From an uncultured bacterium (lineage in GTDB: Bacteria > Krumholzibacteriota > Krumholzibacteriia > LZORAL124-64-63): 64,000 nt of DNA. Shown here piece by piece: positions 19,924 to 28,758 of this stretch. The stretch covers positions 576,001-640,000 of the forward strand of contig CAVSZB010000007.1 of the NCBI GenBank assembly GCA_963732385.1, written 5' to 3'. Below the pieces are notes generated by a model. The model was given only the letters and a program-made list of their open reading frames with translations. It ran no database searches and had not been told where the DNA came from. A program made the translations under genes and the position numbers. Numbering within the stretch: the first letter of the stretch is position 1; each line of letters starts with the position of its first letter.

Positions 19924-20247
19924 TCAGGCCGGCGGCAACGGCAGGGCCGCGCCGCGCAGTTCACCGAGCAACCGCGCCAGAATGTCCACGAAATCTTCAT
20001 GCGTGCGACAGCGTACCTCGCCCCCGCCCTCGCGGCCAAGCCGAACGTGAACGGCATGCGACTGGGGATGGCATTGGCAGAGGAGACGCCCATGCAGGCG
20101 GGCCACGATCCGGAACGGTTCCTCGTGCAGCATCACGCCGGGATCCAGTTCGCCCAGCAGATCCAGGAAGCGGCGAAAATCCTCGCGCAACGGCCCGGCG
20201 CGGACCAGCCCCGTCTGCACGGCGCCATCCCCGCTGTTCACGCGCAC
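19924..20247 (-). CDS. Hypothetical protein (107 aa)
   Basis: Protein-like composition; overlaps the upstream gene stop. Confidence 0.55.
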   Translation of the reverse strand: MRVNSGDGAVQTGLVRAGPLREDFRRFLDLLGELDPGVMLHEEPFRIVARLHGRLLCQCHPQSHAVHVRLGREGGGEVRCRTHEDFVDILARLLGELRGAALPLPPA

Positions 20248-21110
20248 GCCTCCTGCGCCGCGGTGCCCGTCCGTCGCGACCCCTCCGCTCCCAGCGCCAG
20301 GCTGATGGCCAGAGGAGCGAACGGACAGGTTGTCCCGCCGGCAACCGCACTCCGGGGGTCACGGACTTCGGCGAGCAACTCGACGGTCGCCGCCGGGGCG
20401 CTCAGAGCGGCCAGAGCCTGCCACCGTTCTTGCTGGACAGCCATTCCGACGGCACACCCCAAACCATCCGAGTAGACGAGGACCTTGAGTTGGCGGGGCT
20501 TCAGCGCCGCGGCCAGTCGGCCGAGGCAGTACGCAGTGCCGAGGGTGCCCGCCTCCTCCGCACGCACGCACCACACCAGACCGTCCACGCCTTCATCGAA
20601 CAGGCTCCCCCCATCCCAGGCATGTGCCGCCTCAAGGGCCGAGAGCGATCGTCCCACCAGCCCGCCCAGATTGATCCAGGCGCACACCGGACCCGCATCT
20701 TCCCCGGGGGACCTTCCGGTGAAACGGGGCGGGACCACCTCCACCCCGCCCATCCAGCAGCGTGTGTCACGCTCCGCGTGGCCGAAGGCCGCGGGCCTGA
20801 ACAACGTGCGCAGTCGCTCCCGATCGCCGCCCCCCAGGAAAGGCGCCGCCGCCCAGGCCTGCCGGTGCCATTCTTCCAGCGTGACCCGCATCCGTCCCTG
20901 AGGAGCAGCGGTCCCACCGAGCAGCAAACTCGAGCGCGCCAGGCCGGCGGCGGTCCAGGCGGCCAGAAACCCGTGGCCCGCAGCGGCCACCGCGAACCGA
21001 TAGGCGCGCGTTACGGCGGAGGCACGCTCCGCCAGCGGGACCGGGGGATCCAGAAAGAGATCGACGACCGCGCGGATATGGTGGTCGCGGGGGGCCAGGT
21101 CAACAGTCAC
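20238..21110 (-). CDS. Hypothetical protein (290 aa)
   Basis: Long ORF co-oriented with, and 13 nt downstream of, the ParA fusion; no recognised motif. Confidence 0.65.
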   Translation of the reverse strand: MTVDLAPRDHHIRAVVDLFLDPPVPLAERASAVTRAYRFAVAAAGHGFLAAWTAAGLARSSLLLGGTAAPQGRMRVTLEEWHRQAWAAAPFLGGGDRERLRTLFRPAAFGHAERDTRCWMGGVEVVPPRFTGRSPGEDAGPVCAWINLGGLVGRSLSALEAAHAWDGGSLFDEGVDGLVWCVRAEEAGTLGTAYCLGRLAAALKPRQLKVLVYSDGLGCAVGMAVQQERWQALAALSAPAATVELLAEVRDPRSAVAGGTTCPFAPLAISLALGAEGSRRTGTAAQEACA

Positions 21111-21123
21111 AGGCGTCCCGATC

Positions 21124-22197
21124 TCACGGCACGACCAGTAGTGAATTCACACCACCGAAATCATTGGGCACGGCCTCGGCGTTCTGCGCATCGGGCCGCC
21201 AGTCGCCGTCCACGATGAAGCAATACTCATAGCGCCCCGACGGCACCGGCAGCACCGTCTCCCACTCACCGTCACCCTTCGACTCGAGCGGCTCCCCTTC
21301 CGCCTTCCAGTCCGAGAACGAGCCGGTCACCCGCACGACCCGGGCCTCTGGGAACCGGCCAACGAATCGCACCCCACCGGCAGTCAGGCACGGCCCGCCG
21401 GCCGGGACCGGCAGCGCGTCAGCAACCGGCTCGGCCAGACCGGCGCCGAGCGTGAGCATCTCCGCGGCCAAACTACGAAAATCGAGCGCCGCCCGGCAGC
21501 CGGAATCGAGACGGCCCTCGGTCAGGCCGGCCACGACCGCCTCCTTCAGCCTTACGGTGTGATGCACCACGGTGTCGAGCAGCAGATCGCCGAAGTCCCG
21601 GGCAAGATCCGCCGCGAAATTCCGCGCGAAACGTGAGCGCGGATCGTAGTTCGACAACAGCACCCGTGGCTGTGTCAGGTGGCCGCGCCGTTCGCTCAGG
21701 ACCGCAAGGGTTTCGCGGAACTTGCGCACCGCCTGGGCGCTCTGAACGCTCGCATCGACCGGGACGATCGCTTCGCCGCTCGCGAGCAGGGCGTTGAACG
21801 TAAGCAGTCCGACACTCGGCGGACAGTCGATCAGCACGACATCGTAATCCTGAGTGGATCGTTCCAGCGCCCGGCGCAGGCGCCATTCGCGGCCCGTCTC
21901 GCCCGCCAGCGCCTGTTCGACGCCACTCAGCTCGATCCCCGCCGGAATCAGGTCCAGGTTGGGAGCCACCGTCTTGCGGATGTCTTCGATGCGCGCGTCG
22001 AGAGTGAGATACAGATCGTACGCGCTGGCGGCGAAGTCCCCCTCGCCCAGCCCACTGGCCAGAGTGGCATGCCCCTGGGGATCGTTATCGAACAACAGGA
22101 CCCGCTGATCGCACTCGGCAAGCGCAGCGGCGAGGTTGGTGGCAACCGTCGTCTTCCCGCAGCCGCCTTTCTGGTTGGCTAGAGCGATGACTCTCAT
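21124..22197 (-). CDS. ParA/Soj-family ATPase fused to a C-terminal CBM48 (AMPK-beta-type glycogen-binding) domain
   Basis: ANQKGGCGKTT, DNDPQG, IDCPPS; C-terminus VTGSFSDW...W...GRYEYCFIVDGDW..D..N....NDFGGVNS. Confidence 0.92.
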   Translation of the reverse strand: MRVIALANQKGGCGKTTVATNLAAALAECDQRVLLFDNDPQGHATLASGLGEGDFAASAYDLYLTLDARIEDIRKTVAPNLDLIPAGIELSGVEQALAGETGREWRLRRALERSTQDYDVVLIDCPPSVGLLTFNALLASGEAIVPVDASVQSAQAVRKFRETLAVLSERRGHLTQPRVLLSNYDPRSRFARNFAADLARDFGDLLLDTVVHHTVRLKEAVVAGLTEGRLDSGCRAALDFRSLAAEMLTLGAGLAEPVADALPVPAGGPCLTAGGVRFVGRFPEARVVRVTGSFSDWKAEGEPLESKGDGEWETVLPVPSGRYEYCFIVDGDWRPDAQNAEAVPNDFGGVNSLLVVP

Positions 22198-22314
22198 GGC
22201 CCCGTCCTTTCCGCGGCCACGCCTCGGCGGTGTGGCACAACCAGCCGATACCCTCCGGGGTCGGGAAAGCACAGTCACCCGCCCGACCGTCCGCCGAACC
22301 GACCATTGCAGTGG

Positions 22315-22342
22315 AGCTTAGGGGAGCGGTCGCGACTGTCAA
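22315..22342 (-). promoter_or_regulatory. sigma70-type promoter for the ParA-CBM48 operon
   Basis: TTGACA-N16-TAAGCT. Confidence 0.5.
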
Positions 22343-22370
22343 GCGGATTCCCCCGCGCAGAGAGCGCGAT

Positions 22371-22802
22371 CTACGGCAGGAAACGACGGCCCAGCAGCCA
22401 CCCCCCGACCCCACAGACCAGCCCCCCGGCCACCTCGCCCCAGGTATGTCCGGTAAGCTCGCGCAGACGACCGCGGTCGAGGGTATGAGTGGCGATCAGT
22501 GCATCGACCAGATCATTGAGGACGCGGGCCTGTTTGCCCACCTCCTGCCGCAACCCGGTCGCCTCGAAGACGACATACGCAGCGAACACCAGGGTCACCG
22601 AAAAGAGGGAGCCGCCCCAGCCGGAGCGACTCCCCACGAACAGGGCCAGCGCGGTGACCGTCGCCGTGTGCGAACTGGGCATTCCGCCCGAGGCGAACAG
22701 CAGGGAGAAGTCGAGCCTTCCACTCCTGCACAACGACACGAGCACCTTGCCCACCTGTGTGGCCAGCCCGGTCGCCACAGCCAGCAGTCCCATCAGCGGC
22801 AC
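22371..22802 (-). CDS. Divergent PAP2 family protein (DUF212)
   Basis: SGGMPSSHTA, EATGLRQEVGKQARVLN, LRELTGHT. Confidence 0.92.
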   Translation of the reverse strand: MPLMGLLAVATGLATQVGKVLVSLCRSGRLDFSLLFASGGMPSSHTATVTALALFVGSRSGWGGSLFSVTLVFAAYVVFEATGLRQEVGKQARVLNDLVDALIATHTLDRGRLRELTGHTWGEVAGGLVCGVGGWLLGRRFLP

Positions 22803-22829
22803 GACGGACCGCCCCCCCTTCGACGACCG

Positions 22830-24224
22830 CTAGTAGGTCGCGAGATAGCGCTCCAGCTCCCAGTCGTGGACCTGCGCATTGAAATCGGCCCAGACCGCCT
22901 CCTTGGCTTCAAGGAAATGCGTGAAGATGTGGTCGCCGAGGACTTCGCGCATCACGGTGTCTTTGCGCAGGCAGTCGAGCGCCTCCTTGAGATTGGCCGG
23001 CAGCTGTGTGATCTTCAGCCGCCGCTTCTCCCGATCGCTCATCTCGAAGATGTTCTGGTTCACCGGCGGCCCCGGATCGAGCCGTCGCTCCATGCCATCG
23101 AGACCGGATCGGAGCATCACCGCGAACGCCAGATACGGGTTACAACTCGGATCCGGCACGCGCACCTCGACCCGCGTGCCGACCCCGCGCCGCGCCGGGA
23201 CGCGCAGCAGCGGCGAGCGATTGTGCTCCGACCACGCCACGTTCACCGGCGCTTCGTAGCCGGGCATCAGCCGCTTGTAGGAGTTGACAAGCGGATTCGT
23301 GATGGCCACGAAGGCCCGCGCGTGCTCCAGGATGCCGCCCATGTAATGGAGGGCGATCTCGCTCAGCTGGAACGGAGACGCCGGGTCGAAGAACGCATTG
23401 CCCTGATCGCCCGAGGTGTGAAATAGCGACTGGTGCGTATGCATGCCGGAACCGTTGATGCCGCGGATCGGCTTGGGCATGAAGGTGGCGTGCAGGCCAT
23501 AATCGAACGCCACCTTCTTGACGATAAGCCGGAAAGTGATGACACGGTCGGCCGTTTCGAGCGCCCCCGCGTACTTGAAATCGATCTCATGCTGCCCCGG
23601 AGCGACCTCATGGTGCGCCGCCTCGATCTCGAAGCCCATGGCCTCGAGCGCGTTGACGATCTCCCGGCGCGCCTCTTCACCGCGGTCCACGGGCGACAGA
23701 TCGAAATAGCCGCCGGCGTCATGCGTGCGTACGGTGGGATCCCCAGCCGCATCGCGCTGGAAGAGGAAAAACTCGAGTTCCGGGCCGCACACCGGAGCCA
23801 GTCCGTGCTCGCTGAACAACTGCAGCGTCCGCCGCAAGGCCAGCCGCGGACAGCCGGCGAAGGGGGTGCGGTCGGCGTTGTAGACGTCGCAGATCAGCCG
23901 CGCCACCTTGCCCTGGTCGCCATCGAACGGGAAGACCGCGTACGAAGTGAGGTCCGGCACCAGCAGCATGTCCGACTCCTCGATGCGGCTGAAGCCCTCG
24001 ATCGAGGATCCGTCGAACATGATCTCGCCCTGCAGCGCCTTGGCGAACTGGCTGGCCGGAACCTCCACGTTCTTGTTCTGGCCCATGATGTCGGTGAAAA
24101 TCAAACGCAGGAACCGGACGCCGTCCCGCTGCATCCGCTCCAGCAGCGCCGACCGTTCTTCCGGCGGCGCCACCACACCGCTGGCGAACGGCCGCAAGTA
24201 ATCCGTCTTCTCTTCCCCGGACAT
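22830..24224 (-). CDS. glnA: Glutamine synthetase type I
   Basis: FDGSSIEG, HHEVAPGQHEIDF, FMPKP..GINGSGMH, NSYKRL.PGYEAP, EVRVPD. Confidence 0.97.
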   Translation of the reverse strand: MSGEEKTDYLRPFASGVVAPPEERSALLERMQRDGVRFLRLIFTDIMGQNKNVEVPASQFAKALQGEIMFDGSSIEGFSRIEESDMLLVPDLTSYAVFPFDGDQGKVARLICDVYNADRTPFAGCPRLALRRTLQLFSEHGLAPVCGPELEFFLFQRDAAGDPTVRTHDAGGYFDLSPVDRGEEARREIVNALEAMGFEIEAAHHEVAPGQHEIDFKYAGALETADRVITFRLIVKKVAFDYGLHATFMPKPIRGINGSGMHTHQSLFHTSGDQGNAFFDPASPFQLSEIALHYMGGILEHARAFVAITNPLVNSYKRLMPGYEAPVNVAWSEHNRSPLLRVPARRGVGTRVEVRVPDPSCNPYLAFAVMLRSGLDGMERRLDPGPPVNQNIFEMSDREKRRLKITQLPANLKEALDCLRKDTVMREVLGDHIFTHFLEAKEAVWADFNAQVHDWELERYLATY

Positions 24225-24450
24225 AGTTCCTCCTCGGCTACTGCTCCCCGCGCAGCGTGACGACGGCGCCCTGGCCAGCGCGGATTCTCATCCCACAAAG
24301 GGCCACAATCTACTAGATTCGGCCACGACCACCACCGCCTGAGCGCGATCCGCGGAAAATGCCCGTTCGAGCGGCTCAATCCGTCCGGAGCGCTGCCGAT
24401 ACGGAGACAGGACGGCCATGCCGGCCGTCGTACTTTGCCATGGAGGGACC

Positions 24451-25803
24451 ATGCCCGCATCGACTTCGGCCACCAGCGCCAACGGCGCCTGCCTCGCCAA
24501 ATTCAGCGGCCGCTGCTACCTCCTCGACACCAATGTCCTGCTGCACGACGCCACGGCGCTCGAAGCGTTCGAGCAGCGTGACATCATCCTGACCGTGGAT
24601 GTCCTCGAGGAACTGGACCGTTTCAAGCGCGAGAACGACGAGCGCGGACGCAACGCCCGGCGGGTGATCCGACAGATCGACGCTCTGCGCGCGGCCGGCA
24701 ACCTCCGCGAGGGGGTGCCGCTGCCCCACGGCGGCCGCCTCTTCGTACTCGTCGACACGTACGTCGACCAGCTGCCGCGCGGCCTCGACGGCAGCATCCC
24801 CGACAACCGCATCCTGGCGGCCGGATTATGGTTGAAGGCCCACGGCGCGGATGTTGTTTTCGTCACCAAGGACATCAACGCCCGCGTCAAGGGCGACGCC
24901 CTCGGCCTCGTCGCCGAGGATCTGCAGCGCAGCACGGTCAACTTCGACGAACTGTACACCGGGTGGTGCGAACTGGAAGTGCCGGATGCCGCCGTCGACG
25001 CCTTCTACAACGGCGAACCGTGCACTCCTGACGTGCCGCTGCTCCCGAACGAAGGGGTGCTGCTGCGCGCCGCCGGCAATGCCAAACACACCGCGCTCGG
25101 GATCTATCGCCGTGACACGGCACGAGTCGAGCCGCTGAAACACGAAGGCGCGCGCCCGTGGGGCCTCCAGCCGCTGAACCTCCAGCAGCGCTTCGCCCTC
25201 GAGCTGCTGATGCGCCCCGACATCCAGCTTGTCACCATGCTCGGCCAGGCCGGCACGGGCAAAACCCTGCTCGCCCTCGCCGTCGGTCTGCACCAGGTGG
25301 CCGAGGAGAAGAGCTACCGCAAGATCATGGTGTCGCGCCCGATCATGCCCCTCGGCCGCGACATCGGTTACCTGCCTGGATCCAAGGACGAGAAGCTTGA
25401 AAGCTGGATGGAGCCGATCTACGACAACCTGCAGTTCCTGGTCGATCCGGAGATGGAGAAATCCGCGGGCAAGGTCCAGTACCTGTTCGACGCGGGACTG
25501 ATCGATGTCGAGGCTGTTACCTACATCCGCGGTCGCAGTCTGCCCAAGATGTTCATCATCATCGACGAGGCACAGAATCTCACGCCGCACGAGGTCAAGA
25601 CCATCGTCAGCCGGGCCGGCACCGGCTCCAAGGTCATCCTCGCCGGCGACGCCTATCAGATCGACAACCCCTACCTCGACGCTTCCAGCAACGGGCTCAC
25701 GTATGTTGTGGAACGATTCAAGCAGGAGGCGATCTACGGCCACATCACGCTGGCCAAAAGCGAACGCAGCGAACTCGCGAGCCTCGCGGCGCGCCTGCTC
25801 TAG
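24451..25803 (+). CDS. PIN-domain + PhoH ATPase (PhoH2/YlaK type)
   Basis: YLLDTNVLLHD PIN start; GQAGTGKT; IRGRSL; DEAQN. Confidence 0.94.
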   Translation: MPASTSATSANGACLAKFSGRCYLLDTNVLLHDATALEAFEQRDIILTVDVLEELDRFKRENDERGRNARRVIRQIDALRAAGNLREGVPLPHGGRLFVLVDTYVDQLPRGLDGSIPDNRILAAGLWLKAHGADVVFVTKDINARVKGDALGLVAEDLQRSTVNFDELYTGWCELEVPDAAVDAFYNGEPCTPDVPLLPNEGVLLRAAGNAKHTALGIYRRDTARVEPLKHEGARPWGLQPLNLQQRFALELLMRPDIQLVTMLGQAGTGKTLLALAVGLHQVAEEKSYRKIMVSRPIMPLGRDIGYLPGSKDEKLESWMEPIYDNLQFLVDPEMEKSAGKVQYLFDAGLIDVEAVTYIRGRSLPKMFIIIDEAQNLTPHEVKTIVSRAGTGSKVILAGDAYQIDNPYLDASSNGLTYVVERFKQEAIYGHITLAKSERSELASLAARLL

Positions 25804-25818
25804 CTTGCGCGGTTCGAC

Positions 25819-26604
25819 TCAGCCGCCGGCCGGCGCCATTTCCGCGCCGGCGAGAAACTGTCGCAACTGTCCGAGCAGGCAGGCGTTACAGCGCTTGACC
25901 GCCCGCGGCAGGGTCTTCTCGGCCTGCTTCTTGTCATCCCGGGAGGTCGCCGGCACATAGATACGCCCGGCAACCTCGCCCAGGCAGGTCTGCTGCCAGA
26001 CCACTTCGCCCGCCCCGTCGCGCAGAGTCAGACGCACCTCGCATTCGGCCCGGTGCGCGGTCGGCATCGGCGCGGCGATCATCAGGGCGAGACCGGCCAC
26101 GACCCCCGTGCGGATACGGTCGGACGGCGTTTCACCGAACACCATGCCACCGAGCATGCCGGCCCCCAACGGCAGCAGATAGGCACCCGGAGAACGCTGC
26201 AGGCGGCAGGCGAGCGAGAAGATCTCGGCCGACAACGTGAATGCGGCCTGTCGGGGCAGCGGCGTCAACTCGACCATGCGGGTCTGGGTCAGATCCTGGG
26301 CCAGCGCGGCACGGTACAACTGATCGACCGGGCGCTGCCAGGTATCGTCGTCAGGGTAGGTGCGGCCGAAGAACGCACCGCGCCCCTCGTGCTGATCCGG
26401 CGCACGCCGATCCTCGATGGCCCCCAGAAATACCCGCGGAGGCGGCAAGGAATCCGCAAACACCATCCCTGCCTGCTCGTCTGGATAGGGCAGCCCGATG
26501 AGCGGCCCGCCGCAGGAACCGACCAGCAGGCCGCCCGCGCCCATCAGGAACAGGCTCAGCCAGGGCGCCACCCGCCGCGCCACCGGGGCTCGACCACCAT
26601 TCAT
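25819..26604 (-). CDS. Hypothetical lipoprotein
   Basis: Lipobox VGSC; IEDRR motif reminiscent of YajG-like lipoproteins. Confidence 0.65.
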   Translation of the reverse strand: MNGGRAPVARRVAPWLSLFLMGAGGLLVGSCGGPLIGLPYPDEQAGMVFADSLPPPRVFLGAIEDRRAPDQHEGRGAFFGRTYPDDDTWQRPVDQLYRAALAQDLTQTRMVELTPLPRQAAFTLSAEIFSLACRLQRSPGAYLLPLGAGMLGGMVFGETPSDRIRTGVVAGLALMIAAPMPTAHRAECEVRLTLRDGAGEVVWQQTCLGEVAGRIYVPATSRDDKKQAEKTLPRAVKRCNACLLGQLRQFLAGAEMAPAGG

Positions 26605-26643
26605 GGGAACCTCCCCGTCCGGATCAACCCGGGCGAAATGAAG

Positions 26644-27483
26644 CTACGGCGCAGACCGTCGCACCGCCATACCGACCTGCCAGCCATGACGAGCCGCCGC
26701 GTCACCCGTCCGCAGCGCGATCTCGAGCGTCCCGCCACTGCCCCAGTACCAGAAGGAACGATCCGCCGATCCGTCTGCGAAGGTGACAACCGGTCCGGCG
26801 ACCGCAATGCTGCCGACGACCACTTCGGCGCCCTCGGTCAGCCGCGCGCCGTGCGGACCATCACGTGCCACGTCGGTGATCGCATTACCGAACCGGTCGA
26901 TCCAGACGATCCGCCCGAGCGCCTGCGCCGTGGTCGAATCCGCCCCGTCGGCCCGCGCGCTGATCGCCCCGCTCGCCGCACCGAGGACCGCCGGACCAGC
27001 CGGACTGCCGAGTTGATGCAGTGGCACCCCCATCGCCAGATGGGCCGCCGCCGGCGCAAACAGATCGCGCCCCTCGAAGGTCGGCGCCGGCTTTCCCGCG
27101 CGGCCTCGCTGATAGAGCGGATTGTCGAGCCGGACTACCGACACCGGCCCGCCGCGCGCGAGGAAGCCGAACAAACCATTACCCGGGCCGACGAAAAACT
27201 GGCCGGCGGCGGCGACCGCCACGGCGGGCCGAGCGGTACCGACGCCGGGGTCCACCACCGCCAGATGCACGGTCCCGGCGGGAAACGTCGGCGCGACCCG
27301 CCCGAGCAGCCAGGACGCGCCCGAAACGTCGCCCGGAGGCAGAGCGTGCGAGATGTCGACCAGCAACGGCAGCGGGAACGGTTCGGGAAACCGATTCCAC
27401 TCCGAGAACAACATCGCCTTCATTTCGGCGACATACGGATCGGCGAGGCCGAAATCGGTCAGCAGGGTCAGCACGCGGATCAA
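26644..27483 (-). CDS. DUF62 SAM hydroxide adenosyltransferase / SAM-dependent halogenase family protein
   Basis: TLLTDFG..DPY, VHLAVVDPGVGTAR, GPGNG, TFEGRD, IDRFGN; TTG start after GGAGG. Confidence 0.92.
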   Translation of the reverse strand: MIRVLTLLTDFGLADPYVAEMKAMLFSEWNRFPEPFPLPLLVDISHALPPGDVSGASWLLGRVAPTFPAGTVHLAVVDPGVGTARPAVAVAAAGQFFVGPGNGLFGFLARGGPVSVVRLDNPLYQRGRAGKPAPTFEGRDLFAPAAAHLAMGVPLHQLGSPAGPAVLGAASGAISARADGADSTTAQALGRIVWIDRFGNAITDVARDGPHGARLTEGAEVVVGSIAVAGPVVTFADGSADRSFWYWGSGGTLEIALRTGDAAARHGWQVGMAVRRSAP

Positions 27484-27526
27484 CCCGGTTCCTCCCCGAC
27501 CAGAGTCTGGCCGACACCGGAGCGGG

Positions 27527-28351
27527 TCATCCGCCGGTGCCATGCCCTCCCTCCCGCAGCACATCGAGCATCACTCCGTGCAATTCCGGCGCGGCCGCCA
27601 GCACCGACTGGCCGCTCAGCAGACCTCCGACCCCCGCGAAATCGGTCACCAGCGCGCCGGCCTCGCGCGCCACCAGCGTGCCGGCCGCCGCGTCCCAGAC
27701 CCGCAGGCTCAGCTCCCAGTAACCATCCAGCTTGCCGGCGCCCACATGGCAGAGATCGAGCGCCGCACTGCCGCCGCGCCGTACGTCGGCGCACCCCATC
27801 ATGAGGAATCGCTGCAGACTGGCGGCGTTGCGCGCCACGAGCCCGTCCCGCACGTACGGAAAACCGGTGGCGAGCAGGGCGCGGTTCATCGGCACCGGCT
27901 CGCGCGGCCCCAGATCGCGCTGCCTTCCCGCCCGGGGCTGATCGAGCACCGCGCCGCCACCGCGGGCGGCGAGGTACAACTCGTCGAGGTAGGGAGCATA
28001 CACCGCGCCCAGCAGCGGCCCCGCCGCATCGGCGCAGGCGAGCGAGACGCAGTACATCGGATAGTCGTGGACGTAGTTCGTCGTGCCGTCGATCGGATCC
28101 AGATACCAGATGCGTCCCGAACCGCCCGCGCGCGAGCCCCCCTCTTCCGCCACCACGGAGTCGTCAGGATACGCGACCGCCAGAGCATCGACGATATCCC
28201 GCTCGATCAGACGATCGAGATCGGTAACCAGTTCCGTGCGCGACTTCCAGGCGATCTCACGCCGCCGTCCCTGCTCGGCCAGCAGTCGTTCCCCTGCCGG
28301 GAGCACCATCGCGCGCAATTTCGCCAGATCCGCCCCGCCCTGGTCGTTCAT
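27527..28351 (-). CDS. suhB: Inositol monophosphatase family protein
   Basis: AEEG, WYLDPIDGTTNY, RRGGSAALDLC, WDAAAG. Confidence 0.9.
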   Translation of the reverse strand: MNDQGGADLAKLRAMVLPAGERLLAEQGRRREIAWKSRTELVTDLDRLIERDIVDALAVAYPDDSVVAEEGGSRAGGSGRIWYLDPIDGTTNYVHDYPMYCVSLACADAAGPLLGAVYAPYLDELYLAARGGGAVLDQPRAGRQRDLGPREPVPMNRALLATGFPYVRDGLVARNAASLQRFLMMGCADVRRGGSAALDLCHVGAGKLDGYWELSLRVWDAAAGTLVAREAGALVTDFAGVGGLLSGQSVLAAAPELHGVMLDVLREGGHGTGG

Positions 28352-28441
28352 GTGCCTCCCCGCCACGCCCCTTGGCCCCACGCTGAGGCCCGATGATAGG
28401 GCGGACGCGTCGCGCCGGCAACCGCCCGCTGCGCCGGCTGC

Positions 28442-28469
28442 TTGACAGCGGTGCGCCGCGCGGTAGCTT
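28442..28469 (+). promoter_or_regulatory. sigma70-type promoter for the nifU-like gene
   Basis: TTGACA-N16-TAGCTT. Confidence 0.5.
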
Positions 28470-28518
28470 GTAGCCGATGCATGCCGCACGTTTTCCCGGG
28501 AAAGGATGCCACGATATC

Positions 28519-28737
28519 ATGGAAGAGAAGATCAAGGCCGCGCTGGAGCGGATCCGCCCCGCCCTGCAGGCCGATGGCGGCGACCTCGAATACATCGATT
28601 TCCAGGCCGGCGTAGTGACGCTGCGGCTCACCGGCGCCTGTGGCAGCTGCCCCATGTCGTTGATGACCCTCAAGCAGGGGATCGAGGCGCGGCTGCGCAA
28701 CGAAATTCCGGAGGTCCGGTCGGTCGAAGCGCTCTAG
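28519..28737 (+). CDS. NifU/Nfu-family Fe-S carrier (single domain)
   Basis: IRPALQADGGD...GACGSCPMS..TLKQGIE. Confidence 0.95.
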   Translation: MEEKIKAALERIRPALQADGGDLEYIDFQAGVVTLRLTGACGSCPMSLMTLKQGIEARLRNEIPEVRSVEAL

Positions 28738-28758
28738 ACCCGGTCGACCGGCGCCTCT

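Noticed and set aside
24451..25803. PIN-PhoH as a toxin-antitoxin module
   Set aside because: No upstream antitoxin ORF; it is divergent from glnA and is a widespread conserved gene.
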